Notes under the pieces: model-generated
The model's database searches: none
Told to the model about the DNA's origin: nothing
What the model saw: the letters and a program-made list of their open reading frames with translations, nothing else
Position numbers and translations under genes: made by a program
Shown: positions 1-8,214 of the stretch, piece after piece
Layout of the letters: the number at the start of each line of letters is the position of its first letter
How positions within the stretch are numbered: position 1 is the first letter of the stretch
NCBI GenBank assembly: GCA_011605835.1
Contig: JAAOZJ010000130.1
Location: 1 to 35,643, forward strand
Origin: Thermoproteota archaeon
GTDB lineage: Archaea > Thermoproteota > Methanomethylicia > Nezhaarchaeales > WYZ-LMO8
Length of the DNA stretch: 35,643 nucleotides
Direction of reading: 5' to 3'

Positions 1-323
1 CTCAACGAATAGACCATTATCAAGAAGCTTATCCACGCAACGACGTTGGCCATTATTATGCTCAAGGGGTCGACTATTACCCCCATCTTAACTCCAAGCG
101 AGGGAATCCAGTCGTAACCTCTTGAGTTAAAGAAAGGTACGCGACCTGACCACAAGAGGGGAACCATGAAAGACGCAAAGACCGCAGCGAGGAAGGAGGA
201 AAGCACCGCCGCGTAGTCCCTGACTCGCGGGCCGAGTTTCGCGAAGGCAGGAGTCAGAGAAGCACCAACCATTGGTATTATCCAGCAGAGCCAAGCACCG
301 GCGTAGCCAATGCTCTCTGACAT
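1..323 (-). CDS. NuoL/MrpA-like proton-translocating antiporter subunit, N-terminal fragment (gene runs off the left edge)
   Basis: Not in the ORF track because it touches the window edge. Reverse-strand translation from the ATG at 323-321 gives MSESIGYAGAWLCWIIPMVGASLTPAFAKLGPRVRDYAAVLSSFLAAVFASFMVPLLWSG...GVIVDPLSIIMANVVAWISFLIMVYSL. It has hydrophobic helices and a DPLS..M..V..IS.L..YS pattern typical of NuoL/ND5/MrpA N-termini. Confidence 0.6.
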   Translation of the reverse strand, partial: MSESIGYAGAWLCWIIPMVGASLTPAFAKLGPRVRDYAAVLSSFLAAVFASFMVPLLWSGRVPFFNSRGYDWIPSLGVKMGVIVDPLSIIMANVVAWISFLIMVYSL

Positions 324-518
324 CAAGCGCGTCACCCGCGACGCCCTTCTGGTTTTTGGGGAGTGTATTTAACGCTTACTCGCGCACCTCGATTTAGGCC
401 ATGTTCTACGCCAAGTCGGATTAGCACGCAACGTTGAAGATCAATGCCTTGCTTAACCGTTTCACAACACTACGCTGGCTCGCTCAATAGTTGAAGCGAG
501 CTGCCAATACGGGCTCTT

Positions 519-1808
519 TTATTTGAGGTAGTCGACGATGCTTGTCTGGCCCTTGCGGTCAACGGGCTCGGCTCGCTCTTCTTCATCAAGTATCAATCTC
601 CCATAAACCCCGTCGTAGCCCGGCCTCACGATCACGCGTCCTTCCCTGACCCTTACTATTGCCTCTGCCACTCTGCTTGGGACTACGGCCTCGAGCTCTT
701 CGAGGCTCGCGCCCAGCAACACGTTCAGCTCGTTTCCGAACCTGTTGACCAGCTTCATGTACAGCTCCCAAACCTGCCCTGAGTACAGCCTCGCCTCCCC
801 CCTTATCTTCAAGCACTCAGCTATTATCTCGGCCAACGGCAGGAGCCTCTTGAAGTCGATGGCGCCGGGGGGCCTAAACCCCTTGGGCCTGTCCGCCAGC
901 TCCTCGACCCTCTGCTCGACCCCCTTCGTCAATTGCCTCCCGCAGACCGGGCACTTGTTGCCCCTCTTCATGGCCTCCTCAGGAGGCATCGACACTCCGC
1001 ACCTTCTGTGGCCGGTCCAGTGGTACTTCCCGTAGGCCGGGTCGACCTCTATGGTCATCAAGAACTTCGAGGGGTCCTTGCTCGCTATGGCGTTTATGAG
1101 CTCCTGATAAGTGGGCTTCTTCAAGTTGAAGACGTTAGCCTCCCTGCCGAGCCTGTGGGGGTACGGGCTATGGCTGTCGCTGTTGCTCAGGAGGGCCAGC
1201 CTGTCGAGCGCGGACACGCGCCAGTTCATCTCTGGGTCGGAGCTGAGCCCCGTCTCGAGGGCCCTTATCTTGTGGCTCTTGTCTCCGTAGCACTCCTCTA
1301 AGCTGTCGACGCCGCCTATCGACCCAAAAATTGACCACCAAGGGGTCCAAGCGTGGGCTGGGAAGATGAACACGTCGTCGTCCACCTGCAAGAGGGTTTC
1401 GACTAGCTCCGCGGGCTCTATGTTGAACACCGGCCGCCCGTCAGCTTTAAGATCGCCGAGCTTGCCGAGAACGTCAGCGACCTGCTCCGCCACCTCTAGG
1501 CTCGGCATCAAGACGACGTGGTGTATCCTCCTCGCCTTCCCCTTGACCTCGTGTATCGTCCCCACCTCCGTCTGGACCACCAAGAATAGGTCTACCGAAG
1601 AGCCCTTGACTTTGTAGAGGCCAGTCCCTGGGACCTCTTCAAGGGTCTCTTTCAGCTCTTTGAGCCACAGGGGGTGAAGCGCATCGCCAGTCCCCAAGAG
1701 GTTTATCCCCTTGAGGGGCGCGTATGTCAAGAGCTCCCTTATGTCCATCTTCTCCGACGTAGCCCCACTGTACTTCGAGTGCACGTGAAGATCGGCACAG
1801 ATAATCAC
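519..1808 (-). CDS. Endonuclease Q-like PHP-domain nuclease with a C-terminal zinc finger
   Basis: 429 aa. PHP metal-binding motifs are present: ADLHVHSKYS, GTGDALHP, PAHAWTPWWS, LSNSDSHSPYPHRLGRE. It also has the GKYHWTGHRRC...KCPVCGRQLTKGVEQRVEELAD zinc-finger region and a C-terminal VRPGYDGVYG. From memory this is co-linear with Pyrococcus EndoQ. Confidence 0.75.
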   Translation of the reverse strand: MIICADLHVHSKYSGATSEKMDIRELLTYAPLKGINLLGTGDALHPLWLKELKETLEEVPGTGLYKVKGSSVDLFLVVQTEVGTIHEVKGKARRIHHVVLMPSLEVAEQVADVLGKLGDLKADGRPVFNIEPAELVETLLQVDDDVFIFPAHAWTPWWSIFGSIGGVDSLEECYGDKSHKIRALETGLSSDPEMNWRVSALDRLALLSNSDSHSPYPHRLGREANVFNLKKPTYQELINAIASKDPSKFLMTIEVDPAYGKYHWTGHRRCGVSMPPEEAMKRGNKCPVCGRQLTKGVEQRVEELADRPKGFRPPGAIDFKRLLPLAEIIAECLKIRGEARLYSGQVWELYMKLVNRFGNELNVLLGASLEELEAVVPSRVAEAIVRVREGRVIVRPGYDGVYGRLILDEEERAEPVDRKGQTSIVDYLK

Positions 1809-1867
1809 GAGTGGCTACCTGCCTAGAACCAGGCTTACTCTTACGTGTTAAAAGGGATTTTTCTCAC

Positions 1868-3421
1868 TCACGGTTGGAGCAAGGCTGAAGCCGCGCTTCG
1901 GGCAATGTCCAACAAAGGCCATGGATAGCAACCAATTATTATGAGCAGTATCATCAAGATCACTAATGGCGCTACTATCACCGGCGAGGCCTCCCTCAGC
2001 TCTTTAACGCCCTCCCCCCTAGGCCTAATAACACATATCTGCAGGAGTCTCAAGTAATACGCGGCGGCGAACACGCTATTTACCAACATTAATGATGTCG
2101 CCACGTTCATGAATGCATTGCCCACGCTGTAACCAGCCATCAGTAAGAAGAACTTGCTCACGAAGCCCGCTAGAGGAGGAGCTCCGCTAAGCGACAATAG
2201 TCCTACGGAAAAGGCAACGCCGGTCCATGGCATCGCCCTACCCGCTCCTTGGAGCTCGTAGATGTTCCTAGTCTTCGCCCTCGTGATGAAGGAGCCAGCG
2301 GCAAGGAATAGAAGTCCTTTGCCTATCGCGTGAGAGAGTATATGCATGAGCGCCCCCACTAACCCCAGAATACCTGCGATGGCAACTCCTAAATGTGAGG
2401 CATAAGCTGCGGTACCCAAGCCGAACAGTATGAAGCCTATGTTGACTGTGCTTGAAAAGGCTAAAAGCCTCTTCACGTCCCTCTGGAGCAAAGCCATTAT
2501 GTTCGCGACGGTCGTGGTTATGACGGCGAAGACCACGAAGAGCGTGCCGTAGTCGAAAGCCGTTGGTTTGAATATCATGAAGGAGCCCCTTGCAATGGCG
2601 TAGACGCCAGCCTTGATCACGAGTCCCGATAGCATCGCGCTTATGGAACTCGGAGCGGCTGGGTGGGCGTCTGGCAACCAAGTGTGGAAGGGCACTATCG
2701 AAGCCGTGACGCCGAAGCCCACAAATATCAACATCAATATCACGTAACCGTAGAGTTTGAGGGTGCCATCCGGCCTAGCAAAGGCCTCTGAGAGTAGCAC
2801 GAAGTTCAAGGTCCCAGCATAGTAGTAGAGCAATGAAATGCCGAGCAGTGCCACGAGAGAGCCCAGAGTACTCATCACGAGGTACTTGAAGCCAGCCTCT
2901 ATGGGCTCCCACCTGTACTTCCTGAAGGAGACCAAGGAGTACGACGATATGCTCATGAGCTCCCAGAAGACGAAGAGCGTGAAGAAATCACCTGCAACGG
3001 CGACTCCTACCATGCCAGCTACTAGAAGCAAGAGCATCGCATAGTACCTGTCTAAGCCCGTGTCGTGCTCCATGTACTTTATGGAGTATATGGATATTAG
3101 AAGGCCGAGGCCGATGAACAACAAAGCCATAAAGGTACTGAAGACGTCTACTCTAATTTCAACTCCTAAAGGGCGACCGAAGTTAGGGAACAACGATGAC
3201 GTGAGGGCGACTCCCTTGGCTAGTGAGCTCCAGAACCTCCAGAGGAAGTGCGCTAAGTAAATTAGTGCGAAAGAGAAGCCTACGGACGCCGCGACCCCCG
3301 TTAGGTACTTGTATTTAAGCTTCCCCTCGATGTAGCCTAATATCGGCATCGAGGCCGAAAAAACTATTAATGCTATCACAGGTCCCATAACTTCGGCGAT
3401 GCCTACTCCTGTCGCCATCAT
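1868..3421 (-). CDS. Antiporter-like membrane subunit of the hydrogenase (NuoM/N / MrpD / MbhH family)
   Basis: 517 aa multi-pass membrane protein. Family signatures FWELMSISSYSLVSF and PFHTWLPDAHPAAPSSISAMLSGLVIKAGVYAI are present. Its ATG directly abuts the stop of the upstream gene (TGA-ATG at 3424-3419). Confidence 0.8.
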   Translation of the reverse strand: MMATGVGIAEVMGPVIALIVFSASMPILGYIEGKLKYKYLTGVAASVGFSFALIYLAHFLWRFWSSLAKGVALTSSLFPNFGRPLGVEIRVDVFSTFMALLFIGLGLLISIYSIKYMEHDTGLDRYYAMLLLLVAGMVGVAVAGDFFTLFVFWELMSISSYSLVSFRKYRWEPIEAGFKYLVMSTLGSLVALLGISLLYYYAGTLNFVLLSEAFARPDGTLKLYGYVILMLIFVGFGVTASIVPFHTWLPDAHPAAPSSISAMLSGLVIKAGVYAIARGSFMIFKPTAFDYGTLFVVFAVITTTVANIMALLQRDVKRLLAFSSTVNIGFILFGLGTAAYASHLGVAIAGILGLVGALMHILSHAIGKGLLFLAAGSFITRAKTRNIYELQGAGRAMPWTGVAFSVGLLSLSGAPPLAGFVSKFFLLMAGYSVGNAFMNVATSLMLVNSVFAAAYYLRLLQICVIRPRGEGVKELREASPVIVAPLVILMILLIIIGCYPWPLLDIARSAASALLQP

Positions 3422-3763
3422 TCACCACCTCAATCTCTTAAGCTTCTTCAAGTCCAACGTCTTATAGTGACGATAAGCATTAACTACCAATGACAAAGCG
3501 AGCGCAGCTATGGCTCCTCCAATCACTATTGATATTATGACGAGGGCTTCAGCTAGAGGCTCCACCATTGCTCCTGTAATATGTGAAATTGTCGCTACCC
3601 TCGCCCAGCTTAACGATAGCAAGGCAGTATTGACCGCGATGGTCGTTACCTCGATCCCTATGACCGTCTTTATCATGTTCCTTTTGGAGACTAAACAGTA
3701 GACACCTATCGCGAGGAGGATGATCGAGAAGGCAATATATGCCTGTGGAGAGGTGAGCCCCAT
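3422..3763 (-). CDS. NuoK / MnhC / MbhG-like small membrane subunit
   Basis: 113 aa with three hydrophobic segments. The pattern (LLAIGVYCLVSKRNMIKTVIGIEV...LVIISIVIGGAIAALALSLV) is typical of NuoK/MrpC. It lies inside the overlapped operon. Confidence 0.65.
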   Translation of the reverse strand: MGLTSPQAYIAFSIILLAIGVYCLVSKRNMIKTVIGIEVTTIAVNTALLSLSWARVATISHITGAMVEPLAEALVIISIVIGGAIAALALSLVVNAYRHYKTLDLKKLKRLRW

Positions 3764-3767
3764 TTTA

Positions 3768-4070
3768 CTATACCTCCTCCGCGGTCTCTTCCACTTCTTC
3801 TAAGGGGGCCTCAATGACTGCTTGCTCCTCTTCTGCGACCTCCTTTGGAGGTTCTATTCTGAAAAGTGCAGTGACGCCGCAGGCAGCGCCTAGTATCAGT
3901 AAGGCTTGAGTCAGCATGTCTATAGCTCTATAGCCCCAAAGCATTTCGCCTAACTTTTTGTCGAGCATGGTGATGCCCACGGGCGATGGCATACCATAGG
4001 AGAGCGAAATTAGAAGTAATGCTAAAGTCGCTATTGCTAAAATCGCACCAACTATCGTGAGGCCCTTCAT
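3768..4070 (-). CDS. MnhB-domain small membrane subunit (MbhF-like) with an acidic C-terminal tail
   Basis: 100 aa. WGYRAIDMLTQALLILGAACGV resembles the YRGxDTLGE core of the MnhB/MrpB domain. It has an ATGA start/stop overlap with the upstream gene at 4067-4070. Confidence 0.55.
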   Translation of the reverse strand: MKGLTIVGAILAIATLALLLISLSYGMPSPVGITMLDKKLGEMLWGYRAIDMLTQALLILGAACGVTALFRIEPPKEVAEEEQAVIEAPLEEVEETAEEV

Positions 4071-4303
4071 GCAGTTCGCCTCCTCCTAATGGTGTGGACA
4101 GTTACTATTAGTAAGACCGAGACCGCGCCTGCGTAGATCAAGAGCTGAAACACGGAAGCGTAGACCGCGCCCATGGCGTAGTAGATGATCGCCACAAAGA
4201 TGCACATGATTAGGAAGGCCATTATGCTCCTTATGAGGTCCTTGGCCTCGACGGCGAGTATGGCGGCGAGCACCGTCAAGAATATCAGCGCGAGGTCCCA
4301 CAC
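4067..4303 (-). CDS. NuoJ-like small membrane subunit (MbhD/E-like)
   Basis: 78 aa. LAAILAVEAKDLIRSIMAFLIMCIFVAIIYYAMGAVYASVFQLLIYAGAVSVLLI resembles the NuoJ/ND6 N-terminal half. It overlaps the ferredoxin-like gene by 19 nt. Confidence 0.5.
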   Translation of the reverse strand: MWDLALIFLTVLAAILAVEAKDLIRSIMAFLIMCIFVAIIYYAMGAVYASVFQLLIYAGAVSVLLIVTVHTIRRRRTA

Positions 4304-4647
4304 GGCTCGACGACCTCCGCCTTCCTGTTGTAAGTGGCTAACTCGTAAATTTGAGTCGACTTAATAGCGTTTCGGGGGCAGGATTCAACGCACTGCGCGC
4401 AGAACGTGCACCTAGCCACGTAGTACCTGGGCTTCTTCTTACCGTCCGGCAACGTCACGAGCTCGAGGGCTTGCGAGGGACACTCCTTGACGCATAAGCC
4501 GCAACCGACGCACAGGTCGTAGTTTATCTCGATCCTGCCCCTGTAGTCCAGTGGCACGTCCCTTTTCTCGAACGGGTAGAGTAAGGTAGCCCTCTTCTTA
4601 GGGGCGGTCCTCAGCACTTCGCGGAATATTGGCATTCGCTCCACCAC
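4285..4647 (-). CDS. 2x[4Fe-4S] ferredoxin-like subunit (NuoI / MbhN family)
   Basis: 120 aa with two canonical cluster motifs, CVGCGLCVKECP and CTFCAQCVESCP. Confidence 0.85.
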   Translation of the reverse strand: MVERMPIFREVLRTAPKKRATLLYPFEKRDVPLDYRGRIEINYDLCVGCGLCVKECPSQALELVTLPDGKKKPRYYVARCTFCAQCVESCPRNAIKSTQIYELATYNRKAEVVEPCGTSR

Positions 4648-4648
4648 C

Positions 4649-5662
4649 TCAGAGGGTTAATAGATGTATCATCAGGGGGGCCACCACGACTGCCAAGAGC
4701 AACTGGAATATGGAGAGGGGCACCAAGTACTTCCAAGCGAAGTTCACCATCTGATCGATCCTCAACCTTGACATGGCTGCTCTTATCACCGTCAGCAGTA
4801 GGAGCACTACGATAGACTTTATGACGAAGATGATCGTTGAGACTATCGCTCCTCCAAGGCCTGGTACTAAGGGGCCTGGCCAAGGACCTCCCAAGAAGAG
4901 CGTGGCCCCTAGGCCGCATAGAAAGGCCAGCTCCACGTCTCTCGCAAGTCTTAGGAGGGCAAGCTTCTTGCCCGAGTACTCGGTGGTCCAGCCAGCGACT
5001 ATCTCCGTCTCTGCTTCAGGTATGTCGAATGGCACCCTCTCCAGCTCGGCTTGTGCTGCTAGTAGAAAGATGGCAAAGCCCAACGCTTGAAAGCCCAAGA
5101 TGCTCCACCAATCTCTCTGAGCGTTTACGATGCCCTCGATGGACAGCGAGCCTCCCAGTCCAACGGTCATGGCGGTTGCTCCTAGGATCGAGGCCACGAG
5201 GGGTATCTCATAGCCCAAGAGCTGTAGTACCGATCTCTCGGCCCCCACTTCCGGATACCTGCTTGCGGGAGAAAGACCTCCTAAAAAGACGAGGATCACG
5301 AGAAGAGTCAATACGACCGCCAAGACTATCACGTCCCCGGGAAACGAGACTATCCCCTGAGGACCGCATACCGGCAAGAACAGCGCCGCGAATAAGCTCA
5401 GGGCGAGAGCGAAGACTGGAACCGAGGAGAAGATGGGCTTGATCGCGCCCTCCGGCACTATGTCCTCCTTGGCCATAAGCTTGACGAAGTCTGCGAGGGG
5501 TTGGAGCAAGCCCCAAGGGCCTGTGTAGAGGGGGCCCACCCTGTTCTGGAGCTTCGCGTAGAACTTCCTGTCTATCCACTCGAAGAAGAGGCCTAGGATT
5601 ACGAAGAAGAGGAAGCCTGGGAAGAGCAACGTCCTGAGGACGTCTATGAGCTCTTGGATCAC
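4649..5662 (-). CDS. NuoH / HycD / MbhM-like membrane anchor subunit
   Basis: The GTG at 5662-5660 overlaps the TGA of the large-subunit gene (GTGA). From that start the protein begins VIQELIDVLRTLLFPGFLFF... and contains NRVGPLYTGPWGLLQPLADFVKLMAKED, the NuoH/ND1 signature. The 82-codon upstream extension in the ORF track (5663-5908) lies inside the large-subunit CDS and is rejected. Confidence 0.8.
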   Translation of the reverse strand: MIQELIDVLRTLLFPGFLFFVILGLFFEWIDRKFYAKLQNRVGPLYTGPWGLLQPLADFVKLMAKEDIVPEGAIKPIFSSVPVFALALSLFAALFLPVCGPQGIVSFPGDVIVLAVVLTLLVILVFLGGLSPASRYPEVGAERSVLQLLGYEIPLVASILGATAMTVGLGGSLSIEGIVNAQRDWWSILGFQALGFAIFLLAAQAELERVPFDIPEAETEIVAGWTTEYSGKKLALLRLARDVELAFLCGLGATLFLGGPWPGPLVPGLGGAIVSTIIFVIKSIVVLLLLTVIRAAMSRLRIDQMVNFAWKYLVPLSIFQLLLAVVVAPLMIHLLTL

Positions 5663-6864
5663 GGCCTCTCCCTCCAACACGGCTTGTCCTTCCAGTACAT
5701 GCGTTTTATCTGGCTGAAGGTCCAGACCCAGCTCTTGCCGCTCGAGACGTCGACGAACTTCACAGCCCTGTCCGTGCAGCTCAGGCAAGGGTCTATGCTG
5801 GCAAACGTTATGGGGACGTCCGCTATGTAGACCACGTAGTCGCCCTTTGAGGTCAGCATAACTGGGATTGAGAGGAGGTTGGCGAGCGTGGGCGCCCTCA
5901 CCTTCCACCTAAACGGCCTGTCGGTCCCGTTAGACCTGACGTAGTGGATCACCTCACCCCTGGGGGCCTCAGTCCTCCCAACGCCCTCTCCGACTGGAAC
6001 GGCCCTCGGCAACCTAGCCCTTATTGGCCCCGAGGGCATCTTCTTTATCGCCTCCCTGACTATGTTTATCGACTCGAGGGTCTCGTCGATCCTGACCAAG
6101 ATCCTCGCCGTCACGTCGCAAGTGTCGTAGGTAACGACCTTAAACGGTATCTCGTCGTATGCAGCGTGGGGGTCGTCGGCCCTAATGTCAAAGGGCACCC
6201 CCGACGCCCTAATCGTAGGACCTACAGCGCATAAAGCTATGGCGTCCTCCTTCCTGAGCACGCCGACGCCGTCGCATCGCATCCTTATTGTCTTCTCGTT
6301 CAAGCACATCTCCTTGTACTTCTTCACGGTCTCCTCCAATGCGTCCATAACCCTCAGCATCTTCTCCGCCTTCTCCTGCGGCAGATCTCTCCTCACGCCC
6401 CCTATGGTCACCAAGGCATACGTGACCCTGTTGCCAGTAAAATCCTCTATCACGTCCATAACGACCTCCCTGTCCCTCCAGACGTACATGAACAGCGTGT
6501 CGAAGCCTATCTCATGGGCCGCGACCCCGAGCCACAGCAGGTGGCTGTGTATCCTGTTGAGCTCCAGGCCTATCGTCCTCAAGTAGTCAGCTCTTCGGGG
6601 GATTTCCTTGCCTATGATATGCTCAGTCGCTTGGGCTAAGTCAAAGGCATGGACTATGCCGCAAATGCCGCAAATCCTCTCAGCTATGTAAAGGTTCTGG
6701 ATGAAGGTTTGGTACTCGCCCGCCTTCTCGATGCCCCTGTGATTGTAGCCTATCCTGAGCTTGGCGCCGACGACCTGCTCCCCGTCGACGTAACAGGTTA
6801 TGTTGAGAGGTTCCTTTAATGCGGGGTGCTGAGGGCCTACCGGGACGTCAACTATGTTACTCAT
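5659..6864 (-). CDS. Group-4 [NiFe] hydrogenase large subunit (NuoD homologue retaining all four Ni-Fe cysteine ligands)
   Basis: 401 aa. The N-terminal motif is RICGICGIVH (RxCGxCxxxH) and the C-terminal motif is DPCLSCTDR (DPCxxCxxR). About 35 residues follow the last Cys motif. Confidence 0.85.
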   Translation of the reverse strand: MSNIVDVPVGPQHPALKEPLNITCYVDGEQVVGAKLRIGYNHRGIEKAGEYQTFIQNLYIAERICGICGIVHAFDLAQATEHIIGKEIPRRADYLRTIGLELNRIHSHLLWLGVAAHEIGFDTLFMYVWRDREVVMDVIEDFTGNRVTYALVTIGGVRRDLPQEKAEKMLRVMDALEETVKKYKEMCLNEKTIRMRCDGVGVLRKEDAIALCAVGPTIRASGVPFDIRADDPHAAYDEIPFKVVTYDTCDVTARILVRIDETLESINIVREAIKKMPSGPIRARLPRAVPVGEGVGRTEAPRGEVIHYVRSNGTDRPFRWKVRAPTLANLLSIPVMLTSKGDYVVYIADVPITFASIDPCLSCTDRAVKFVDVSSGKSWVWTFSQIKRMYWKDKPCWRERP

Positions 6865-6867
6865 CCA

Positions 6868-7344
6868 TCAATCCCTCTCCTTGGTTATCCTCCTAAACAG
6901 CTCCTCGAGCTTCACGTCCTTCCTAAGCGGGTACAGGCCCTCGGGCCAGTCGTCCGGGAGCTCCAAGTGTGTGAGGTCGGGGTGGCCCTTGATGTCGATC
7001 CCAAACATCTCGTGAACCTCCTTCTCGTAGAAGAGGGCCCCCGGGATCACGTCGGTTATCGTGTCTATTTCGGGCTTGTCCTTAGGGACTATAGCTCTAA
7101 CTGATACGACTATGCCCTTGTACGAGAGGTGAGGTATAACTTCGAAGTGGTCTATGGCGTCCACCCCCGAAATGGTCGACACGTGCGTCACTCCCACGTC
7201 ATTTCTCAAAAACCTGATGACGTCTTTATAGGCCGACCTATCGACCGTTACGAATATCCTCCTCGCCCTCTGGACCTTGGCCTCGAGAATTCTATCTCCA
7301 AATCTTTCCTTGAGCTTGCTCACGAGCTCCTCTTCGAGTGTCAA
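6868..7344 (-). CDS. NuoC / MbhK-like 30-kDa-type subunit
   Basis: 158 aa. The YEKEVHEMFGIDIKGHPD motif is typical of NuoC/HycE-N/EchD-type subunits. It overlaps the small-subunit gene by 4 nt. Confidence 0.8.
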   Translation of the reverse strand: MTLEEELVSKLKERFGDRILEAKVQRARRIFVTVDRSAYKDVIRFLRNDVGVTHVSTISGVDAIDHFEVIPHLSYKGIVVSVRAIVPKDKPEIDTITDVIPGALFYEKEVHEMFGIDIKGHPDLTHLELPDDWPEGLYPLRKDVKLEELFRRITKERD

Positions 7345-7778
7345 GATGCTCCACCCTTGAGCTTCTTTAGCTTCTCGAGTAACTTCACGACCCCGTTTAT
7401 TATGGCCTCAGGCTTGGGGGGACAGCCCATGACGTACACGTCGACTGGTATCACGTTGTCTAACCCAGGGTAGACGTTGTAGCAGTTCCTGAACGCGCCG
7501 CTACTGGCACAACAGTTCCCCACGGCCATCACGAACTTGGGCTCTGGCATCTGCTCGTAGACCCTCTTCAACCTCTTCTCGACCTGTTTGGTCACGGGGC
7601 CTGTGACTATCAATATGTCGGCGTGCCTAGGCGAGCCAACGAGCCTGATGCCGAACCTCTCGACGTCGTATCTGGGCGTCAGCGCTGCCACGACCTCTAT
7701 GTCGCAACCATTACAAGCGCCTGTATTGAAGTGCAACACCCAAGGGCTTCGGAGCCTAGCCCAGTCGACCAACCCCAT
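7341..7778 (-). CDS. Group-4 hydrogenase small subunit (NuoB / MbhJ family, one [4Fe-4S])
   Basis: 145 aa. The Cys ligand pattern is CNGCDIE ... GNCC ... GCPPKPE. This is the hydrogenase-type CxxC rather than the complex-I CC doublet. Confidence 0.85.
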   Translation of the reverse strand: MGLVDWARLRSPWVLHFNTGACNGCDIEVVAALTPRYDVERFGIRLVGSPRHADILIVTGPVTKQVEKRLKRVYEQMPEPKFVMAVGNCCASSGAFRNCYNVYPGLDNVIPVDVYVMGCPPKPEAIINGVVKLLEKLKKLKGGAS

Positions 7779-7779
7779 T

Positions 7780-8121
7780 CTACCACCTCCTCCTCGCGAG
7801 GAGGAGTATGGCCTCTAGGGCTATGATGGCGTATATAGCGATTAAGAAGTGCGAAGTAAGTAATATCTCGGGCGACAATATGGCGAATGCTATCACCATA
7901 GCCACCATATCGAATACCAAGAAAACGATTGCGAAATTTATGAGGTGGATGGTGAATGGGACGACTTCTGCGGGGACTTCCTCGCCGCAAGCGTAGGGCT
8001 TGACCTTATCGGGGCTTGGCTTGGGTTTGGGGGCTATCTTAGCGCCCCATGCATAGGTCAAAAGAGATACCACGAGGGCGATGATGAAGGAGACCACGGG
8101 TATCGTGATCACAGAGCTCAC
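7780..8121 (-). CDS. NuoA-like / MbhI-like small membrane subunit, first gene of the operon
   Basis: 113 aa with an N-terminal TM helix. KPYACGEE resembles the NuoA YECGF loop and is followed by two more TM helices. The gene ends 1 nt before the small-subunit start. Confidence 0.5.
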   Translation of the reverse strand: MSSVITIPVVSFIIALVVSLLTYAWGAKIAPKPKPSPDKVKPYACGEEVPAEVVPFTIHLINFAIVFLVFDMVAMVIAFAILSPEILLTSHFLIAIYAIIALEAILLLARRRW

Positions 8122-8164
8122 AGCGCATCCCCGTCCGACGTGGCGCCAGTTCTCTGCTCAGGGG

Positions 8165-8178
8165 TTTAAAATATAAAT
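8165..8178. promoter_or_regulatory. A/T-rich TATA-like box in a divergent spacer (hydrogenase operon on - / proS on +)
   Basis: TTTAAAATATAAAT is the only A/T block in the 93-nt spacer. It lies ~37-50 nt from GTG 8215 and ~44-57 nt from ATG 8121. Confidence 0.4.
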
Positions 8179-8214
8179 CCTTCGCCCGGCCTCACTTAGG
8201 GGCAAAGTACTCGG

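Noticed and set aside
340-470. Similarity of AGGCCATGTTCTACG (about 398-412) to the AGGCCATCA...CTCCACG core of the repeat element
   Set aside because: The match does not extend on either side. It is most simply part of the promoter/5' region of the NuoL-like gene.
5663-5908. N-terminal 82-codon extension of the NuoH-like ORF in the track
   Set aside because: It lies entirely within the hydrogenase large-subunit CDS in another frame and is Arg/Gly/Leu-rich with no membrane character. The GTG at 5662 forms a GTGA stop/start overlap, and the NuoH-like sequence begins there.
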